63,993 bases of DNA, filler included, from Octopus bimaculoides (GCF_001194135.2; 6 parts of 6 records of this genome joined end to end with filler, not necessarily neighbours in it); one strand, 5' to 3'. Positions 1 through 11,447 are shown, numbered from the whole stretch's first letter. The notes: generated from the sequence alone by a model not told the origin. Numbers and translations are program-made.

Positions 1-71
<71 letters not shown>

Positions 72-300
72 GCCTGTCTATCTGTCTATCCATCTATCTA
101 TGTGTATATACATATACATGTATACGTAAGTGTGTGTGTGCACACACATATATAAATACAAGCATATATACATATATACACATACATACATACACACACA
201 AATACCAGTGCGTGTGGCTGTGTGATTTGTGGCGTATGTGGTGTGTTTGTGTTCGTGTATGTTCGTCTGTGTACTTTGTGTGTGTGTGTGTGTGTGTGTT

Positions 301-332
<32 letters not shown>

Positions 333-410
333 TGTGTGTGTCTGTCTGTCTGTCTGTCTGTGTGTGTGTGCGCGTCTGTGTGTGTGCGCGTCTGTGTGTG
401 TGTGTGTGTA
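1..410. repeat. Compound microsatellites (TC)n, (TG)n, (TCTG)n
   Basis: Directly visible. Similar (TA)n, (CA)n, (TATG)n, (ATCT)n tracts flank nearly every N gap and generate most ORF-track entries. Confidence 0.97.
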
Positions 411-849
411 TGTGTTTGAATTAAAAGAAAGCGAGACTGACACATGCCTGCAGATAGCCACTAAATCAATGCAGCAGTTTGTTTTTTAATTTTAAATTCT
501 GATTTTCGTAATTGTTTAAATATTCATAAGGTGACATTTTATCAACGTCTTTCTGTTCTTAATTTCGTTAGTCAACATTCCTTTCAGCAGACTACATATT
601 TGTCTCGCACGTTCTTCCTTCCCTATACATTATTATTTCTATATTACAAAAATTACACCTGTCTGTCTCTATAGGGCCGTAATTCATTTTGTTCGCAAAT
701 TAATCTATCTATCTATATTCCCCCTCAATCTCTGTATACACCCCACACACACAACACACATTCTCACATGCAAACACACAAACACACACACACACACATA
801 TATATAAATGCATACATACATACATACATACATGTACGTATATAAATGT

Positions 850-1085
850 CCGCATTTTTGCCATAGTAGGAGACCAAAGTTTACATTGATTGTGGATCCA
901 ACGAGTGCGCAGAACACGCCTGTACTCTAGGCGTAAATGCCGAGTACTGACCCCCCACCTGCCGTTGCTAAAGTCTTATCATGTGTGCAAGGAGGCGGGC
1001 CTCACCTCCGACCCAACTTTTTTGTCAATGCGGCATAAGTTCTGGTGAAACGAAATTAAGTCGGAGACCTTTTGAACGCTGCTTG

Positions 1086-1087
<2 letters not shown>
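850..1087 (-). mobile_element. Probable mariner-type element end (non-coding fragment)
   Basis: Minus strand begins TA-CAAGCAGCGTTCAAAAGGTCTCCGACTT, resembling mariner TIR starts; GC-richer than flanks; no matching second TIR seen. Confidence 0.4.
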
Positions 1088-1148
<61 letters not shown>

Positions 1149-1256
1149 NNNNNNNNNNNNNNNNNNNNNNNNNNNNNNNNNNNNNNNNNNNNNNNNNNNN
1201 NNNNNNNNNNNNNNNNNNNNNNNNNNNNNNNNNNNNNNNNNNNNNNNNNNNNNNNN

Positions 1257-1332
<76 letters not shown>

Positions 1333-1336
1333 CACG

Positions 1337-1891
1337 AGAAACGTTCGAAAGGTCTCAACCATCCATTCGACATTGTGGTGTTTGGAGTGATCACTAGAGA
1401 TAGCGACGTTATGCCTCCATTCATCTTCCCAAACGGTCTCAGACTCAACACGGAGGCCTACATTAAGTGATTGGAGGAGGTAGTGCTGCCCTGGGTGAAG
1501 AGGGTAGCTGCTGGTAGACTCTACGCCATGTCACCAATTCATGCCTGTCAGACAATTTCCGCGGCCACACCATCCCCTTAATTATTATGTGTAGGGCGCA
1601 GTTGACCGAGAAACCAAGAAAACTCGTTGTAACACCAAAGATGAACTAAAGGCAAGCAATATGCCAACATTCGCCAACTTAAACAAGGAAACAGTTCAGA
1701 AGAATTACAGGAGATTCCGAAGTTGTCTGGAAGTTGAGGTTGAAGCCAATTACAAGGTCATTGAATAAATGTACTCTTTAGTTTTCCGAGATATTTTTAT
1801 GTAATTTTGGTGAATATATTTGCTTAAATGAGATGTCAGTGTTATTTTCATTTTTCCGTAATTTAGACTACAGTTTACTCACCGCACTCTG
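1337..1891 (+). mobile_element. Tc1/mariner superfamily (maT/DD37D-like) transposase fossil, internally deleted, with right TIR
   Basis: Translates HPFDIVVFGVITRDSDVMPPFIFPNGLRLNTEAYIK*LEEVVLPWVKRVAAGR, then PLNYYV*GAVDRETKKTRCNTKDELKA; ends ...CTCACCGCACTCTG-TA. Confidence 0.8.
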
Positions 1892-1911
1892 TATATATGT
1901 GTGTATGTATG

Positions 1912-1945
<34 letters not shown>

Positions 1946-2067
1946 TGTATGCCTGAATGTATATGCGTATGTATGTATGCTTCTATCTATGTAAGCATGT
2001 ACATGTAAAGAGCTATGCACCCTTACTTATACATGTTTGTACAGATTTGAAATCTTGATTATTTATA

Positions 2068-2460
2068 TACAGGGTGTCTCAAAAAGATGTACTCACTCTT
2101 TGACTTCCTAGTACTCATGCATTTTGTGTTCAAGTAGATATTTATTGATATATATACAATCCTAAAAAGTTAAATTAAATTCAGGAAAATAGATTGTAGA
2201 AACCATTATTTATTGTCACTTAGAATTATTTAATGTTCTCTCTCATTCCTGCGTGTTCGCAAATATTCAAACTGCCTTCCTTCATTTTCCATATAAAGCT
2301 GATAACTTCCAACGATGGATTCGACAGCATTGCCAAACATTTCATTTGGAATTGCAAGACATTGTATTCGATTTCATTTTTCAAATTGTTAATTGTCAAT
2401 TGTCACTGATTTTGCAGTGTCAACCTTATCTTTGAGATGTCCCCATAAAAAAAAAAATCT
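2068..2460 (-). mobile_element. Tc1/mariner transposase C-terminal fossil with TIR
   Basis: TA-CAGGGTGTCTCAAAAAG terminus at 2070; minus strand reads WGHLKDKV...IPNEMFGNAVESI...EGRQFEYL. Confidence 0.65.
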
Positions 2461-3518
2461 AAAGTAAAAGATAAATGATAACAGATATCATTTCTGGGTT
2501 TTCTCAACTGAAACAATGCATCAGAGGGAGGCACATAACTAGAACGCATCAAGTGCGAAGGGAAACAACTTGCAGAATATATCGTGTAGATTCACTCACT
2601 GTTCGAGGTCGTATTCGATGAAGTCGACTTTTCCTCTTATATTTTTGTGGTCGACAAAATAACATCCCGCTGTGTAACTGAAATCCATTTAATCGACTGT
2701 AATATTTCACCCAACTCTCATCATATAGTGTCTCGGAAAAAAACTATTTTAAACAAACCCCGTTCTTCCCTCAAACTTCCAACTTTTAATCTACGTATAT
2801 AAATATGTATGCACGTTTGTGCTTATACGTACATATACATACATACATATATATATNNNNNNNNNNNNNNNNNNNNNNNNNNNNNNNNNNNNNNNNNNNN
2901 NNNNNNNNNNNNNNNNNNNNNNNNNNNNNNNNNNNNNNNNNNNNNNNNNNNNNNNNNNNNNNNNNNNNNNNNNNNNNNNNNNNNNNNNNNNNNNNNATAT
3001 ATATGTATGTATATAACGAGTGAGGGAAAGAAAAAGTGAGAGAAACGCATAAAATACATGCATACAGACACATATATACATATTATACATGCATACCCTC
3101 ACACCCATATAAATATGTATATTTAATTCGATCCCCATCTATTATAGTATGCGCTCATTTCATTCTAAATATAATTCATATTTTCCTTAGTTGTTTCTTT
3201 GTCTTCTTCTATTCCTTCTGTTCTGTCATCTTCCTTCTATTATAGATTTCTTTATCTCTTTCTTATGATATTATTCATTTATTCTAAAATTTCGTTCGTT
3301 TATTCATCCATTTATACCGTTTTATTTTTTCATTTTCTATATAAATATTTCTGTTCTTTTTTCTTTTTTTAATTCTAGCTACCGCCATATTGTCCATTTT
3401 ATTTCTTTCTGTCAAATCTCTGGCTTTCTTTCAATATTAATTTTTTCTATTTCACATTTTGTGTTTTCTTTATTTCTGTATAAGTATTTCTCTCTCTCTC
3501 ACTCTATCTATCTATCTT

Positions 3519-3574
<56 letters not shown>

Positions 3575-3869
3575 NNNNNNNNNNNNNNNNNNNNNNNNNN
3601 NNNNNNNNNNNNNNNNNNNNNNNNNNNNNNNNNNNNNNNNNNNNNNNNNNNNNNNNNNNNNNNNNNNNNNNNNNNNNNNNNNNNNNNNNNNNNNNNNNNN
3701 NNNNNNNNNNNNNNNNNNNNNNNNNNNNNNNNNNNNNNNNNNNNNNNNNNNNNNNNNNNNNNNNNNNNNNNNNNNNNNNNNNNNNNNNNNNNNNNNNNNN
3801 NNNNNNNNNNNNNNNNNNNNNNNNNNNNNNNNNNNNNNNNNNNNNNNNNNNNNNNNNNNNNNNNNNNNN

Positions 3870-3917
<48 letters not shown>

Positions 3918-3944
3918 TCACACACACACACACACACACACATA

Positions 3945-5040
3945 CATTTATTGTTCTTACTCCGTGTTTATTTCATCCTACCCATGTTTCCGCACGATCA
4001 CACTCTCAACATACCATCGGCATACCCATCCCCTTCTAAACTACGATACCTACATTTCATTGACCTCTCAGTCTGTATTCCATCTATCTAACCATTCACC
4101 ATTCAGTTTGTATTATATCTGCATACCATTCACGTTGTGTCCAATATTCATTCTATATACCATACACATTCCATTCTATATGATTCCTACATACCATTCT
4201 CTTTTATGCAAGTATCATATCAAGATGAAAGTCACATTCTGTTCTATATTCCATCATCATTCCATTCACTTTCCACCTACGTTCACGTCTAAACTATATT
4301 CCATTTACGGCTCTGTGACTACGAAGTTGTCTTTACAACCACACAGTGCCGGAGTCAGGCGCATTGTTCTCTATCTTGGATAAGTGTCTTCAACTACAGG
4401 TCATGTGGATTTTCAGTTAGATGAACGTTCTGCGTTACACTTCTTTGTGACACAGTATCAAACCTAATTAACTACCGCGGTCGATTTATACGACTGGACT
4501 TCTAAATGAGGTGACCCACTATTGTCGCAATGCGATGACTGAAACCACTCGTTTTCGTGTCCCTTCCGCGTACCAGTCTCTCAGTAGTATTTCTACCCGA
4601 CATTCCCATCCAGCTTACATTCAGATTCCTTTACACATTCCATTTCTTCTGTCATCCCATTCCATTCTGCCATTCAGATTCCTTCCAAATTCCACCGGCA
4701 TACCATTTGCCTGCCATCTATATACCTTATACATATCATATACTTTCCAAATAATATCCTTTTTACATATCCTTCTGGTTACAACTCTATTGTATTTGCA
4801 TACCATTAACCTTCCATCTATGTTCCATCCACCAATCATTCTCCTTCCACTTTATATCATATCTCCATACCATTCCCATTTCATCTATATTCCATCTATA
4901 TTCCTTCTTCTATGTACCATTCACCAACCAAACTATATTCCATCTACATACCATTCCATTCCCAATTTATTTTCTATCTAACACCCCATACGCCTCTTGC
5001 CTAAGATTCCATCCATCTCACTATCTTTATATCTTTCGAT
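3945..5040. repeat. Degenerate ATTCC/CCAT-rich low-complexity tract containing a highly diverged SINE-A-like piece (~4310-4540)
   Basis: Many CATTCC/TATTCC words; CAACCACACAGTGCCGGAG...CTTGGATAAGTGTCTTCAACTA resembles the SINE-A head/core. Confidence 0.45.
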
Positions 5041-5255
5041 ATCACTTCATATTCATTAAAAAAAAAATTCTTTTTTTTTTGTTCTATTTCTTCTATGAAT
5101 TTTCTTTTTTTTTTCGTTTGTTTTATTGCCGATTTTTCCTTTCATTGCTTTTTTGACTTCTTCCATTATAACTTTTGCATACTGTTACACGTATATGTAT
5201 GTGTATGTATGTATGTATGTATGTATGTATGTATGTATGTATGTATGTGTGTATA

Positions 5256-5292
<37 letters not shown>

Positions 5293-5929
5293 NNNNNNNN
5301 NNNNNNNNNNNNNNNNNNNNNNNNNNNNNNNNNNNNNNNNNNNNNNNNNNNNNNNNNNNNNNNNNNNNNNNNNNNNNNNNNNNNNNNNNNNNNNNNNNNN
5401 NNNNNNNNNNNNNNNNNNNNNNNNNNNNNNNNNNNNNNNNNNNNNNNNNNNNNNNNNNNNNNNNNNNNNNNNNNNNNNNNNNNNNNNNNNNNNNNNNNNN
5501 NNNNNNNNNNNNNNNNNNNNNNNNNNNNNNNNNNNNNNNNNNNNNNNNNNNNNNNNNNNNNNNNNNNNNNNNNNNNNNNNNNNNNNNNNNNNNNNNNNNN
5601 NNNNNNNNNNNNNNNNNNNNNNNNNNNNNNNNNNNNNNNNNNNNNNNNNNNNNNNNNNNNNNNNNNNNNNNNNNNNNNNNNNNNNNNNNNNNNNNNNNNN
5701 NNNNNNNNNNNNNNNNNNNNNNNNNNNNNNNNNNNNNNNNNNNNNNNNNNNNNNNNNNNNNNNNNNNNNNNNNNNNNNNNNNNNNNNNNNNNNNNNNNNN
5801 NNNNNNNNNNNNNNNNNNNNNNNNNNNNNNNNTGTTCTTGGTATTGTTAATGATTATTTTTAGAAGTTGTTAATATTTTGATACGTTTCTGTTGCCGAAC
5901 TTCGTCTTGCTTTTGTAGCTATCGTTTTT

Positions 5930-5955
5930 GATGCTGGTGTTGTTGTTGTTGTTGG

Positions 5956-5986
<31 letters not shown>

Positions 5987-6377
5987 CTTCTTCTTCTTCT
6001 TCTTCTTCTTCTTCTTCTTCTTCTTCTTCTTCTTCTTCTTCTTCTTCTTCTTCACCATCATCATCAGCTCCAGGAACATCTCTCCGGCCTTGCGCTCAAC
6101 TCACCCTTCTTGTTCGTTTTATTCTATTTCTACTTTACTTTTCTTCTTCTATATCATCATAGTTGTCAAAATCATCATCATCATTTTCATCATCATCATC
6201 TACACTTCAATCAGGAGCAGCAACTGCAGTATACCATCATCATCTCATTTTCAACTTCTTTTGTTGTTGTTGTTGTTCTATTTCATTTTCTTTGTTATTG
6301 TTGTTCTTCTTTGTCATATTCTTCTTCTTCTTCTACTACTCTTTCTTCTTCTACTACTACATCTTCTTCTTCTTCTT

Positions 6378-6408
<31 letters not shown>

Positions 6409-6481
6409 TTATTATTATTATTATTATTATTCTTATTCTTCTTCTTCTTCTTCTCCCTCCTCATCCTTCTTTCCTCTTCTT

Positions 6482-6512
<31 letters not shown>

Positions 6513-6614
6513 TTCTTCTTCTTCTTATTCTTCTTCTTCTTCTTCTCCCTCCTCATCCTTCTTTCCTCTTCTTCTTCTTCTTCTTCTTCTTATTATTATT
6601 ATTATTATTATTAT
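5930..6614. repeat. Compound trinucleotide tract (GTT/CTT/CAT/ATT)n
   Basis: Directly visible; internal duplication of CTCCCTCCTCATCCTTCTTTCCTCTT at ~6452 and ~6546. Confidence 0.95.
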
Positions 6615-6658
6615 NNNNNNNNNNNNNNNNNNNNNNNNNNNNNNNNNNNNNNNNNNNN

Positions 6659-6670
6659 TTAATTAATTAA
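6659..6670. other. Assembly gap marker TTAATTAATTAA (also 28527-28538, 37458-37469, 41555-41566, 62532-62543)
   Basis: The identical 12-mer sits between N runs five times and has stops in all six frames. Confidence 0.93.
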
Positions 6671-6884
6671 NNNNNNNNNNNNNNNNNNNNNNNNNNNNNN
6701 NNNNNNNNNNNNNNGTTCGGCAATGTAACTTCCCGTTTTCTAGAAAGAAAAGCAGCCAGATGGAGGAAATATCTGCATTTATATAGAAGATAGCTATCTA
6801 CTTGGTATTTGTAAGAATGACGAGGTTAAAAGTAAACTTAAGTCATTCATACCTTAAATTAAATTAAATTATGTTAACGGTTGC

Positions 6885-8475
6885 TCAAAATTCATTCCTG
6901 CTGCATTGTGCGAAAATACATTTATATGCGTGTAGGCATCTCAAAAGTCTTTCAGAAATTCTATTAATGATCTTCTCATTAATCCACAGAATAGAAAGGG
7001 ATTCCTCGGAGCAGAGACGGCATCTCCTGGAAATTATATTGTATGGTTTCGCATGCCTTACTATGGACCAAGTCATGCTGTACTTCATTTTATCCTCCTT
7101 CAGTTTCCATACAAAATCTGCCAAAGATGTTGAATATCTCTTATTGATTTTATCAAAGGTGGCAACATGGTTATGATAACGATTCTTAAATGAATCAGCC
7201 GTCTGCCCAATGTAAAGATACAGCCATTCCCTTGTGTGCACGGTACATTTATATACAAAATCTGTACTCATACAGAGATTCATCAAAGGACATATTAATT
7301 TTTCTCTGCATGAGCATTTATCGTATTTATTTGTATATAGGGCAATCCCGACTCCATTTACCGGCGTTGTTACCCTGTTAGCTGTATCATAAGTATTTCT
7401 ATTCCTACAAATTGATCGTAATTGGTGTTTATCATTGCGGTTTACATCTCCTTGGTTGGTATTTAGATGTGAAAGCTTGCTATATCCAATAGGTGGGTTA
7501 TTGAACCTTTGCCGCATTTTGCTATTGTTCATGCGATGCATAAGTTGCTCTAAATTAGCAGAGTTGGCGTAGAATACCTTCTATTAAAAATAGCATGATA
7601 CCGATTAGATTTAGGAAAACATTTGTCTAAAGCAGCAAAAAATTTTCCACGGTTCTTGGTTGAAACATGCAAACCGAAAATTGGGTTGAACCAGAGAACA
7701 TCCAGATTCCTATATTTGTTGTTAGACTTATTTGATTGAGTGTGTTGTACAGGATTGGAACAAGCAGCTGGATTATTATGTCGCGTGTGTCTATGAGTTT
7801 TCAGTGGTAGTTCATTGATATGACCAATTCTTCCTGGCCTGTGTTTTTTATCAGAGTGAGTACACAAACCGTGACGTTGTGGTGGTATACAATGTGCATC
7901 ACAGTTGGAGGAATTACCAGTGTTGTGCACGCCAGCTTTTTGTATATATTAAAGTTTTTCACGGTACTCAGCCCTAGCAAGAGCAGCATTATAATAAGTT
8001 GCATGTGATTTGAAAATTTTATTATTAGCGGATAATCTAGAGATTCTTGTAAAATTATTCTTAACTAGTCCCCGTATAATCGAGGGTGGATGGTTGGATG
8101 CTACGTTAATGTACTTAATATGATCATTTTGCTTATGAAATGGTTTAAATAATTTAGTATCAAGACAGAAGGTAGTGTCAAGAAAATTCACTCTACGATA
8201 ATCTTTATCCATAGTAATGTCTAGTCCTAAATTTTTGAAAAGTCTAAAGGAATTTTTCCTATGCCTTTCTAACTGTACTGTACTTCTGTCCAGAGGAGAA
8301 AAAAGGCGTCATCCCTATATAGACCCCCCTGTTACTTCCGGAAAGGAATATTGGATTAATGAAAGGATATATATTCAGACTAGGTCACTGGCCTGAGCAG
8401 AATCATATGAGCCCATTATTATATCAAATGCACTCACCCTATCTAATCTACTCCATAATCTACCAAACAAATCTA
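6885..8475 (-). pseudogene. PLE RT + GIY-YIG endonuclease, frameshifted
   Basis: FDIIMGSYDSAQASDLV*IYIL, GLYRDDA, VNFLDTTF, YINVASNHPPSII, VLWFNPIF, CSCREKLICPLMNLC, YIGQTADSFKNRYHNH, CRLCSEE, RCLH. Confidence 0.9.
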
Positions 8476-8511
8476 ACATTGCCGAACAATTATTTTAACG
8501 AATTGCATTTA

Positions 8512-8600
8512 TTTCTAACCTGACGAGATACATCTGAACCAGTGGTTGAGTGTTCCACCCATGAGGAATCGATGTGTCGAAACAATTGTAATTAATAATA
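8512..8600 (+). ncRNA. Minimal type I hammerhead ribozyme in inverted pLTR (stem I partly decayed)
   Basis: CUGACGA 8520-8526; stem II GAUACAUC/GAUGUGUC (8527-8534/8571-8578); GAAAC 8579-8583, palindromic loop AAUU, GUA 8588-8590. Confidence 0.7.
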
Positions 8601-8655
8601 AATTCTCGTATATTCCATCTTCCGTCTTTCAATGTGTGTGTCTATGTTGTGTGTT

Positions 8656-8704
<49 letters not shown>

Positions 8705-9406
8705 NNNNNNNNNNNNNNNNNNNNNNNNNNNNNNNNNNNNNNNNNNNNNNNNNNNNNNNNNNNNNNNNNNNNNNNNNNNNNNNNNNNNNNNNNNNNNNNN
8801 NNNNNNNNNNNNNNNNNNNNNNNNNNNNNNNNNNNNNNNNNNNNNNNNNNNNNNNNNNNNNNNNNNNNNNNNNNNNNNNNNNNNNNNNNNNNNNNNNNNN
8901 NNNNNNNNNNNNNNNNNNNNNNNNNNNNNNNNNNNNNNNNNNNNNNNNNNNNNNNNNNNNNNNNNNNNNNNNNNNNNNNNNNNNNNNNNNNNNNNNNNNN
9001 NNNNNNNNNNNNNNNNNNNNNNNNNNNNNNNNNNNNNNNNNNNNNNNNNNNNNNNNNNNNNNNNNNNNNNNNNNNNNNNNNNNNNNNNNNNNNNNNNNNN
9101 NNNNNNNNNNNNNNNNNNNNNNNNNNNNNNNNNNNNNNNNNNNNNNNNNNNNNNNNNNNNNNNNNNNNNNNNNNNNNNNNNNNNNNNNNNNNNNNNNNNN
9201 NNNNNNNNNNNNNNNNNNNNNNNNNNNNNNNNNNNNNNNNNNNNNNNNNNNNNNNNNNNNNNNNNNNNNNNNNNNNNNNNNNNNNNNNNNNNNNNNNNNN
9301 NNNNNNNAGGGTAGCAAAAATTTTTTAGAAATTTTAGTTACTACCAGTGGTCTAGCGAGAAGAAAAATTAGTCAAATAGACTATATGTTTATATAGTCTA
9401 TTTCGA

Positions 9407-9808
9407 GGCGTAGGAGTGGCTGTGTGGTAAGTAGCTAGCTTACCAACCACATGGTCCCGGGTTCAGTCCCACTGCGCGGCATCTTGGGCAAGTGTCTTCT
9501 ACTATAGCCTCAGGCCGACCAAAGCCTTGTGAGTGGATTTGGTAGACGGAAACTGAAAGAAGCCCATCGTATATATGTATATGTATGTGTGTGTGTGTTT
9601 GTACGTGTGTGTTTGTCCCCCCAACATCGCTTGACAACCGATACTGGTGTTTATGTCCCCCGTAACTTAGCGGTTCGGCAAAAGAGATCGATAGAATAAG
9701 TACTAGGCTTCTAAAGAATAAGTCCTGGGGTCGATTTGCTCGACTAAAAGGCGGTGCTCCAGCATGGCCACAGTCAAAAGACTGAAACAAGTAAAAGAGT
9801 AAAAGAGT
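9407..9808 (+). mobile_element. SINE family A, full length (tRNA head + CORE-like domain + internal microsatellite + 3' body)
   Basis: A box TGGCTGTGTGG, B box GGTTCAGTCC, CORE-like CTTGGGCAAGTGTCTT, tail GTAAAAGA repeats; many copies in the window. Confidence 0.9.
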
Positions 9809-9894
9809 ATATATATATAGATGTATGTATGTGCGTGTGTGTGTGTGTATGCATGCATACATATATAATTGTGAATGACTGTATATTTTCTATT

Positions 9895-9965
9895 AATTAT
9901 TTCAGTCATTACACTGTGGCCATGCTGCGGCAATGCTCTGAAGAATTTTAGTCGAACGGATTACC
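9895..9965 (-). mobile_element. SINE-A 3' fragment
   Basis: TTTCAGTCATT..CTGTGGCCATGCTG is the reverse complement of the SINE-A 3' end. Confidence 0.7.
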
Positions 9966-9967
9966 CA

Positions 9968-10028
<61 letters not shown>

Positions 10029-10301
10029 GTCTGTCTGTCTGTCTGTCTGTCTGTTTATCTATCAATAAGCACACATTGAGGTAGTTTGTTTTCCTTAAGA
10101 AATATTTTTCTTAAATTTTATAATCAATAATTATATAAGTATTGTTTTTGGGCACTTTAATTTGGAGGACGTCCTCCAAGAGATGACGACACTGTTATTT
10201 AATCCCAGGAAGACATCTCCTCCTGCTGGTTTATTCAGAGCACTTCTCGCAATCGATATTTATTGCTAGCAGGAGATAACTCATGCTCTCCTAGCTTCAA
10301 G

Positions 10302-10352
10302 ACCACCAGTCCACGTGGTTTCGATCTGTACTAGATCTCCTCGATGGTTGGT
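10302..10352 (-). ncRNA. Degenerate type I hammerhead motif
   Basis: Minus strand ACCA-TCGAGGA-GATCT-AGTAC-AGATC-GAAAC-CACGTG-GAC-TGGT: stems I-III recognisable, core CU>UC and GUC>GAC altered. Confidence 0.55.
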
Positions 10353-10369
10353 ACTCGTTCGGCCAGGAA

Positions 10370-10722
10370 TAGCAACCCATTCCGCTCAAAAGGTCCCTGA
10401 ATAAGGATTGTTTAAGGATGTTGAAAGAAACACTCATGTTTCCAGAAGTGAATTATTCAAGCCTCAAAGAATTCCTCTCAACACATGGCTATGATGCTCC
10501 CCTACTACTTCTGCTCATGATCAGAGATGCACATATCGTCAGCCACTAAGGGACATGCTCAACTGGTTAAGGTCAAACAACTGACAAGCAAATCTGTGGT
10601 ATTGAACAGAATATTTGCTGTAGCCCATCTTTTATACCAAGACAAAACAATGTACATGATAACACTTCCGATCAGTTAAGATCAGAAGCCATGAGAGCCA
10701 CTGTCTGGTACTGAATCAAGGC

Positions 10723-10782
<60 letters not shown>

Positions 10783-10785
10783 CAT

Positions 10786-10790
<5 letters not shown>
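10370..10790 (+). repeat. Unclassified interspersed repeat ending in (TTA)n/(CTA)n, possibly a non-LTR 3' end
   Basis: Complex GC-richer sequence running directly into a trinucleotide tail; no protein motif recognised. Confidence 0.35.
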
Positions 10791-10854
<64 letters not shown>

Positions 10855-10922
10855 ATCTTTCTGTAGGAGAGAGTATACGTGCGTGTGTGTGTATACTTGT
10901 CTGTTTATACAGACGCTTAAAA

Positions 10923-11447
10923 CGCTGTATTGTTTATATTCATAACCATCAGAGTGCGAAGCGCTCCTCACTAACACAGGTTCGTGAGATGGCTATGATT
11001 AGTAAACAGCTTTGAGTAGGAGCTAGAAAAAGAAGCACACTGAATTCGTAAAACGGAAGAGAGAACAATAAAATTATATCAAAGTTGCGTGATAGTGGTG
11101 TCAGAGGTAGTATGTAGACGATCATATAACTTGTTTTATTCTCCTCTTCCATTTTACTTTGACATGCGCGTTGCGTTTTAATTCTTCTCTTCCGTTTTAT
11201 GAATTCAGTGTGCACATGCCCATTACGTGTTTATACTTCGCCTTCCAGTTCCTATTCAAAACTGTTTATATATCACAACCATCGCATGAACGTGCGTTCG
11301 CGAGGAGCGCTTCGCGCTCCGATGGCTGTGAAGTAAATAGGCAATGCGCATGTTAAAATAAAACAGAAGAGAAGAATACATACGCAGTGTCAAACAAGTT
11401 ATATGATGGTTTGCATGCCACGTCTGACACCACTCCAACGCAGCTTT
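10923..11447. repeat. Palindromic (foldback/MITE-like) element with two inverted arm pairs
   Basis: 10923-11070 is inversely repeated at 11180-11345; 11082-11170 is inversely repeated at 11345-11447. Confidence 0.75.

Larger units (their letters stand above)
6715..8630 (-). mobile_element. Penelope-like retroelement, 5'-truncated, with inverted pseudo-LTR at 5' end
   Basis: RT and C-terminal GIY-YIG coding remnants on the minus strand; ACATTGCCGAAC present at 8476-8487 (+) and 6715-6726 (-); hammerhead motif in the inverted part. Confidence 0.9.

Noticed and set aside
98-489. Long ORFs such as THTHTH, VCVCVC, YIYIYI and poly-X throughout the ORF track
   Set aside because: They are translations of microsatellites and N gaps.
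5870-6090. Poly-E/poly-Q coding exon (DVPGADDDGEEEE...QQQQHQHQKR*)
   Set aside because: The frame is bounded by stops on both sides, consists of trinucleotide repeats and has no convincing splice sites.
6659-6670. Five identical TTAATTAATTAA islands between N runs as a regulatory or CRISPR-like repeat
   Set aside because: They are always embedded in fixed-style N gaps, so they are an assembler marker.
8380-8390. Selenocysteine UGA in the PLE ORF
   Set aside because: The TGA falls at an expected Gly position (ELVG-like motif), all EN cysteines are TGY, and no SECIS was recognised.
9407-9480. tRNA genes at SINE heads
   Set aside because: A/B boxes are present but there is no complete cloverleaf; the sequence continues into SINE bodies.
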